A stretch of 64,000 nt of DNA. Origin: the human T2T-CHM13v2.0 reference genome, Homo sapiens. The translations under genes and the position numbers were made by a program. The stretch lies in the NCBI RefSeq assembly GCF_009914755.1, contig NC_060927.1. One strand, given 5' to 3'. Position 1 is the first letter of the stretch, and each line of letters opens with the position of its first letter. Positions 56,207 through 64,000 of this stretch are shown piece by piece. The notes below the pieces were generated by a model, which searched no databases, was not told the origin of the DNA, and saw only the letters and a list, made by a program, of their open reading frames with translations.

Positions 56207-57796
56207 CTAATAATGAACCCAGAACTGGAAGTTAAAATAAGGAAACTAAGTAGAGAAACACAGTGATAAATATCCATGCTTAGTTATACAAATGTTGATT
56301 TGTAGGACCAACAACTATGATTGAAACGCAGTTAAACTGTCCCATTCTTCAAGGACATTTTGTTAGGGAGGCAGGAGCCTAGGAGACTGAGGGTGACCCA
56401 AGTTCAGCTCCATCTCTGTGGCTCAGAATATTTTACTAATGTCTTTTCAGACCATCTGGCTCTACTCTGTAGCCACAGGTGACATGTTTTAAATGACGAT
56501 ATCTTACATTCTGAGAAAGTGACCACTAGGATTTATTGTGCTATTGTTATAAGCTGGACTGTGAAAACCACTAGTAGTACAATTTATATAGCAGACGGCA
56601 CCTGATGGGCTAAAACTGGCCCTCAGCTGTTTTTGGAAACAGAATAGAGATGTGGTAATGATTTCTGTGTATTTTTGAATATTTATTTATTTTAATACCA
56701 TAAGATTCATGTGGGAAGGTTTGTAATTCAATAGTTCCTTATGTACAGTACTATACATAATTCACAAAGAAATTCCAGGGTCAAGGAAGCTCAAGAAATT
56801 GAATCTTTTTATATATTGATTTTAAGGAAAGAAATACAGAACTGTGATAGCAAAAGTAAAGGACGTGGGAACAGCCCTCCCTCCAACTTTCAATTTCTGC
56901 ACATTCACTGCCACCTCACTTTATCCAAAAGCTAAGTCGGATTCCAGGTTTTCTTCTTCACACCCCTCAAATGTCTGTTCTGTCTCACCATAGCTTCTCC
57001 CTATCCGCTCCTAGCACAGACACTCTCATCCCTGGCTGCACATGGGGATCACCGGTGAGATTTAGACACCGCTGAAAATCCAGGTTTCACCCCGAGAAAT
57101 CCTGATGTAATTCATCTGAATTATAGTCTGGACATTGGGAATTAAAATCTCCCTAGGCAATCCTAAAATGCAGTTGAGGTCGAGAACCATTGTCTTAGCA
57201 TGGCTTTGATTAGAAAAAGTTTTAAAATAAATCACGATGAGACCATCAAACCCAAAATGAGGCCTGAATTCCACACAGAATACTCCACACACCAGACTTA
57301 GAGTAATACGAGATAATTGTAAGGCTCCTAAAACCAAGCGTCTTCCGTAGCTTCTCCCTCTTCCTCCTTCCCGACCTCCACCAGTCCCCAGTGCCTGTCT
57401 TCTTGTCCATCCCTTCCTATCCAGTTCTCATGCCATCATCCCTCTTCGTTTTGCACCTGTCTCAGTGTAGAATCCCCTAATTGGTCTCCCTGCCTCCCTT
57501 TCCTGCTCTCTCCAATCCATCCTACACACCACCACCAGATCAATCTGCTCCTCACTCTGCTCCTCAAACCCTCTTGCAGGAAAATGGCCTCTTCCTGCTC
57601 ACTGTGCCTCAACTCCTTAACTTGGGGGTAAAGGCCTTGCCCAATCTGTTTCCAACTTTTTCCAGCCCTCGTTTCTCAATACTGTCTGAAAAGCAGCCTC
57701 ACTCTGTTCTGGTGAACTGGGATGCTCTGTAATTCCCCAAATATGCTCTGTTGAAAACTTCAGACCCTGCGTTAGATAGAAATAGAAGCCAGGTCA

Positions 57797-58113
57797 GCTG
57801 GGCGCAGTGGCTCACGCCTGTAATCCCAGCACTTCGGGAGGCTGAGGCGGGCGGATCACAAGGTCAAGAGATTGAGACCATCCTGGCCAACATGGTGAAA
57901 CTCCGTCTCTCCTAAAAATACAAAAATTAGCTGGGCGTGGTGGTGCGTGTCTGTAATCCCAGCTACTCGGGAGGTTGAGGTAGGAGAATCACTTCAACCC
58001 GAGAGGCGGAGGTTGCAGTGAGCTGAGATTGCCCTGCCGCACTCCAGTCTGGGCGACAAGCACGAAACTCCGTCTCAAAAAAAAAAAAAAAGAAAGAAAG
58101 AAAGAAAGAAAAA
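57797..58113 (+). mobile_element. AluSc-like
   Basis: TSD aaatagaagcca(g/t)gtca. Confidence 0.9.
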
Positions 58114-58284
58114 ATAGAAGCCATGTCATTTGCCCCAGACCACCTAGCTAGTGAGCAATAGGATCTGGATTTCAATCCAGGTTTGGGCTGTGTTCAAAGC
58201 TCTTCAACACTATCCTTTTCTCTCTCTGGAATGCTCCCTTCTGTATCTATCTGTAGCAACTGTACCATCCCCTCAAGGACATTT

Positions 58285-58812
58285 TGTTAGGGAGGCAGGA
58301 GCCTAGGAGAGTGAAAGTGACACAATTTTAAGTTCAGCTCCATCTTGAGAGTAACAAGGCACATTCCTTGCCAACCAGGACCCATGGTCATAAGATGTTT
58401 ATGGTTGAGAAAACAGCCTAAGGATACTACAACAACAGAAAGTCCAGATGTCCCAATACCATAACAATATATGTTTTCAAAAAATTATAGTTATGCTTTG
58501 ATGTTCTCACACACTAAAATGTCAAGGATAGTTTTCTTTAAATCAATAGAATAATAAGTTTTGTCACACTGTCTGCCCATCCGCACATAGGCACAGCTTA
58601 GTTTAATCTTTATATAGACAAGATCCCTATATAAGAAAAACTTAAAGTCAATGCGTTCCTCCTTTTGCTTTCTGAGGGCACCCTACTCTGTAACAGTAGT
58701 TTCTAATAAGCTTGCTTCTTTCACTGCATTTTGTGACTCTCCTTGACTTCTTTCCCACATAAGATCCAAGAACCCTCTCTTACAGGTCTGGATTGAAACC
58801 CCCTTTTTTCCT
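58285..58812 (+). mobile_element. ERV1 solo LTR (MER41-family-like) within L2 fragments
   Basis: tgttagggaggcaggagcctagg...gatccaagaaccctctctt..gtctggat. Confidence 0.72.
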
Positions 58813-59999
58813 GAAGTTTTCCCTTTTTTTCCTGTCGAAGTGACTTTCTGTTTTCTGAGCTCCTATAGCACTTTGTTTACATATTTCACAAAAGATATTG
58901 ATAACAGAGTCATGTAATGAGTTTCCTGCGGTCTGAGACATCGTCTTGAGGTTTTTCAGTCCTTTACAGCATCGTACACCGCACCCTACATGCTGTGGGC
59001 TCTCATAGAGGTCTGCTGAAGAATGAATTACTGTGGGAAGCCTTTCTGTACCTGCCCAACCCACTCACAATGCGAGATCCTAATTAATTTCAGGCACAAA
59101 GATAGCATTTCCCAACCCCAAGTATCCTGCCATTTTCCTATTCTAGTGTATCAATTCTTTTTTATCCATCCACGAGCCCTCTGCCACCTGTCTATAAAAC
59201 ATTTTGCAATTGGGAAGGACTCTGGTACTGGATAACTATGTAACGTACAAAAAGATGCAAATTGTGATAAACAGGAGTCATAAAACGAACAAGGGTGGTT
59301 TCATTCTTTGAAATCTGACATGGAAATTAGACATAGGTCCAAGTCAAGTTCCCCTTTCAGGCCTTCTCACCCTTTGTCTCCACTTTTTGTGGAAAGGAAC
59401 AGGGGAGGGGCAGCAAGTAGTGTGAGCAAAAGCGGAAGAAGAAAGGCGAGGGGAAGAACTGGCCAGACAGCCACTCTTTCCCGAAAGACAAACAGCATTC
59501 TAGGAAAAGAAAATATTCCCTAGGTCACAAGAAATTGTACCAGGAGCCTACAGTAGAACAAAGAAATCCAAAACAGAAGCCCCTGTTTGATCTCCTCATC
59601 TCCATCTGTGAGATAGGGGTGATAACCCTGCCTGCTTCTTGCCACACAGTCCGGGGGGCTGAGCTATCTTCAGCGTGATTTGGAAAAGGCTGCAAATGCA
59701 AAAGGAAAATCCTCCATTTAACTTAGCATTTGACTGTATCCCTGGGGATTAAGTAAAACTAGACATCGAATTTAAAACAAATATAAGGAGAATGGGGACA
59801 GGGGACACTCCTCCTATTGTCTACATCCCTATTCACCCTCTTCCTTGCCGCTCCCACAGAAGTTGCTAAACTGATGGGATATTGTCCTGAAATGCCACTG
59901 GGCCAAAGACAGAGTTCAAGTTCAACTTCTTAAAACCCAGGTTGATAAAGGCAGGAATGAAGAGCTGGGGTTCCCCTCCGTCAGGGTCCCCCTTCTCAC

Positions 60000-60830
60000 T
60001 GTAGGAATGGAAAAACTTCACCTCTATTGTCTTAGGGTCCTGGCTGGGTCCAAGAGTTAAATCGACAAAACACAGATTAACATGAGAAAAGCATAGACAT
60101 TTATTCATAAATGTTTTACATGGCACAAGAGCCCTCATAAAGAAATGAAGACCCAAAGAATCAGTTAGAGTCAGTTACTTCTATACTGGATTGAACAAAG
60201 AATAATAAACTATGAAAATGTGACTAAATTATGTGGGGAAGCTTAAAAAATAGAATTTCTAACAAGGTCTGTGCAATATTCTCTAAGTTACCTTTCCTTC
60301 TAGTCCCTAGAGAGTGTCTTTCACATAGGAATTCCATCTTCTCCTCTTAAGAAACAGCACAAAGGTCAAAGTGATATTCTTGTACCTGCTGTTTTTCAAG
60401 TGCTTTTAACTTAAATAGTCAATATTCCAGAATGGCATTTTTAAATTTTTACTTTAAGTTTTGGGATACATGTACAGAACATGCAGGTTTGTTACATAGG
60501 TATACATGTGCCACAGTGGTTTGCTGCACCTGTCAACCCATCATCCAGGTTTTAAGACCCGCATGCATTAGGTATTTGTCCTAATGCTCTCCTTCCCCTC
60601 GTCCCCGACCCTCCAACAAGCCCCGGTATGTGATGTTCCCCTCCCTGTGTCCATGTGTTCTCATTGTTCAACTCCTGCTTATGAGTGAGAACATGTGGTG
60701 TTTGGTTTTCTGTTCCTGTGTTAGTTTGCTGAGGATGATGGCTCCCAGCTTCATCCATGTCCCTGCAAAGGACATGAACTCATTCTTTTTTATGGCGCAT
60801 AGTACAGAATAGCATATTTTAACCCCTTCA
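60000..60830 (-). mobile_element. ERV1 solo LTR (MER34-like) interrupted by L1PA
   Basis: cagattaacatgagaaaagcat...gaaatgaagacccaaag...ccccttca. Confidence 0.6.
60440..60804 (-). mobile_element. L1PA8-like 3' fragment
   Basis: 3'UTR motifs; TSD cagaatggcat/cagaatagcat. Confidence 0.88.
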
Positions 60831-60899
60831 TCACCCTACAACAAATACCATTTGTTTGGAATGACTCATTATCAAAACTGAAAACTCTACCAACATTAC

Positions 60900-61250
60900 T
60901 TTTGAGAACCAACCAGGTGTTGGGCACTGTGCTAGGGCTGGAGATTTTAAAAACGAAAGAGAAGAAAAGCAAAGCATTGGCCCCTACTCTTAAGAAGTTC
61001 ACAGTCTACTGGGAGAGGCAGAAATAATTTCCATAGACAAATAACTTCCATAGGCAAAGGTAAACCTCGGGGTTCTGTGGAAATTTAAAAAAAGACTCTG
61101 TGAAAGCAGAACTGGGGTGAAGGAAGGTTTCATCGAAGAGATGAGGTCAGAGTTGAGGGTTGATGAATGTGCATGAGTCAGGCCTAGAAGAGGGGCAGAG
61201 GTGTGCCACAGAGAAACACCTGAGCAAAGCCGTGAGACAGGTGTGGTGTC
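60900..61250 (-). mobile_element. L2 fragment
   Basis: ggcactgtgctagggctggagat...gaagttcacagtctactggga. Confidence 0.6.
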
Positions 61251-62130
61251 TTTCCCTCACAGCAACAAAGGATTCCCCACATCCTTATATCTGCATTAAC
61301 GCGTGGCATATGGCAGTGGCAGGGAGGAGGAAAGGAGGAAATTGATGAAATATATTTAAGTACTAACTTTGAAGAAATGCATTCAAAATAAATCCATAAC
61401 CTTCTCTGAAGAAATAAGATGGGCAAAAGAAAAAACTAAAGAAAAAGGTGTAAAAGAAAAAACATATTTTTCAAGTGGGTTTGGTTAAAGCAATCAACTT
61501 CCTAATCTCCACAAGTGGTATCAGACGCCAGGCAGCCTCTCAGTCACAAAGCTGCTGTTTACCTCTAAATCATAGAAGGCAGGTGGAAAGCAGGCAAAAT
61601 ACCACACACCTGGCCACTGTGTACATTCTAAACCACACTATAGTCAAGGGAGGGGTGGGGGCTCATAAGCAATGCAAACCCATGGAGGGAAGGCCTTTCC
61701 CAACCAAGTCTTCTCTGCTGGAGGTGGACACAGCACTGCCTAAGGAGGGGGTTTAGACCCCGCTCTGCCCCGGTCTGTGAAATGGTGGTGACCAATGTGG
61801 ACTCTGCCCACACTCCATCCCCTCGAAGACCTGGGCCCATACCGATTTAAGCGGCATAAAGAGTTGAGGCCCAGGCTGGAGAGGGTGGAAGAAGATGCCA
61901 GAAAGCATTTCTATCATGGGCTCAGCTACAAGCACAGTTTTTTTCCCTGGCCTTGTAGTTTCCTTGCTCTGTGCCTTAGTTTCTCCATCTGACAATGCAA
62001 ATGACAACAATCTGCCCCTAATTTTCTTATTTCGGAGAGAGAAATAACTCCTGACACAGTTGGAGTTCCCTAAACAAGGGTCATGTGTCCTAGACAACGC
62101 GACCCAGGAAGCCAGAATAACCTTTAGCTA

Positions 62131-62405
<275 letters not shown>

Positions 62406-62704
62406 AGCAATAGCCTAAGGAACAAAGGCAACACAGCTGCTCAGTTTTCCATCCACCCGACCATGTTTACTCTGTCCCTCCTGTGTGCACAAGAGAGTCA
62501 AAACTGAGGCTTGTTTGTCATTGTTTTCCAGTCCCTTTCCACATTCCTTGCTCGTGACTGATGGGTGACAGAAGCCAGCTGGGTTATTATGCATACCAGG
62601 GTACACCATGCTCATGGAAGTATATGTCTCAACCCAGCCCTGCCACATGGGAAGTGTGGAATAAAGCCAGTGCCTAAGGCGGCAGGACACTGTGCTCAGC
62701 TCAC

Positions 62705-62819
62705 CTGGGGATGCTAGTCAGGTAGGTCATGACATTCAGGAAGTCTTCATCTGGGATGTGTTTGAACCCCGAAAACTCTGGGAACGTGATGATGGGGGCG
62801 CCATCCTCCCCTCGGCCTC
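62705..62819 (-). CDS. MCF2L2: Coding exon (115 nt, phase 1 to phase 2) of MCF2L2, start of SEC14/CRAL-TRIO domain
   Basis: ttttgttgcag|GA...CCCAG|gtgagc; reads (G)GRGEDGAPIITFPEFSGFKHIPDEDFLNVMTYLTSIP(S), matching the Dbl/MCF2L family SEC14 motif. Confidence 0.93.
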
Positions 62820-63164
62820 CTGCAACAAAAACAGGTGGTCAAAATGTTAGCAAAATGTTGTCCTGTCACACCTCTGCAGGGAAGTTGGGCGAAAGAATAT
62901 CGGTCACCTCTTTTCCTACCTATATTATCTCAGACTAGAATTTGGGAGAAGTTAACACAGTTATTTTGAACAAGTCTCTCTTCTCATTCATGCTGGCTCC
63001 ATGGCATTGTAAGAATTCAATTTTTGAATCCTTTGAAGAGAGTTACTGTGTAAAAGGAAATACTGATTTAATTATTCAGCATAGGTAGAATAGTAAATAA
63101 TGCCAACACAAATATGTAATATTGCTCTTCATTTTTGTAGTCAGTAAATGTCAAAAGTAATATT

Positions 63165-63440
63165 GCATGGTGGTTAAGAGAGTTAACGCTAAAATCAGAC
63201 AGCCTGGGTCAAATCTGCTTTGCCACATTGTTGCTATATGATTTTTGGCAAGATACTTAATGTGTTTCTTTCATATTTATATATACATATATATGTATGT
63301 ATATATATAGATATATATGACCTACCATTTTATTATATAGGAATAATGCTTGTACCTACATGGTAAGGTGAGGATTAAATGACAGCACAAATGAGAAGCA
63401 CCTTAGCAGGGTGCTTATTATATAAAACTGCTCAAAAAAT
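63165..63440 (+). mobile_element. MIR with embedded TA-rich tract
   Basis: gtggttaagag...tcagacagcctggg...gtgaggattaaatga. Confidence 0.7.
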
Positions 63441-63647
63441 GGTGACCATGATTATAATTATTATTATTACAAGGAAGCAATAATCAGCTTCCCTTCAAGA
63501 ATTTATAAATAGTAATTTAAGATATCCCTGTGAAAGTAAAAATATGAAAATTCACATTTAATTCAGAGCAGAGACCACCAAATTCAATAGATTCTATTTC
63601 CCAGTCCCCTTGCAGCTGCATGGAGCCATTTGACTAAGTTCTAGCCC

Positions 63648-63805
63648 CACAGTCCCCAAACTGTGTCGCAGGTAAGCAGGGAACCACAGTAAATTCATGG
63701 GAGCACTGTGACTGTTTTAAATTTTTGAGGGAAACACAGTGACAGTTGACATCTGTCAGACACCATATGCACTACTACTACCATATGAACTACTTGAGGT
63801 AGTTC
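63648..63805. mobile_element. hAT-Charlie-like DNA transposon end
   Basis: cagtccccaaactgtg...ttttgagggaaacacag. Confidence 0.45.
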
Positions 63806-63808
63806 CCT

Positions 63809-64000
63809 ATTTCTTTTTCCTTTTATTGAGACAGAGTCTCGCACTGTCGCCCAGGCTAGAGTGCAGTGGTGCAATATCGGCTCACTGCAACCTCTGACTC
63901 ACAGGTTCAAGCGATTCTCCTGCCTCAGCCTCGTGAGTAGCTGGGATTACAGGCGTGCACCACCATACCCAGCTAATTTTTGTATTTTTAGTAGAGACGG
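63809..64000 (-). mobile_element. AluS (partial at window edge)
   Basis: Right arm on minus strand. Confidence 0.9.

Overview
Human (or closely related great-ape) genomic DNA. The window is mostly intronic sequence of a minus-strand gene. Five GT-AG coding exons (62819-62705, 25056-24966, 22345-22226, 6781-6665, 1647-1498) splice in frame into a SEC14/CRAL-TRIO plus spectrin-repeat N-terminus that I recognise as MCF2L2, a Dbl-family RhoGEF. The rest is dense, nested transposon sequence: about 40 Alus, near-full-length Tigger1 and Tigger4, a 4.1-kb disabled L1PA, older L1M/HAL1/L2/MIR pieces and many solo LTRs. I found no credible novel gene or biological system. The most interesting signals are structural: (1) three short dispersed direct duplications, each with its partner 1.6-1.9 kb away, one of them a perfect 56-bp copy; (2) a tailless 5S rRNA retro-fragment with a CpG-decayed TSD; (3) a template-switch hairpin inside an Alu; (4) a triple TSD; (5) a weak splice donor; (6) an inverted-Alu arrangement suited to circRNA formation. 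Repeat subfamily names come from recalled consensus sequences, and most repeat boundaries are approximate.
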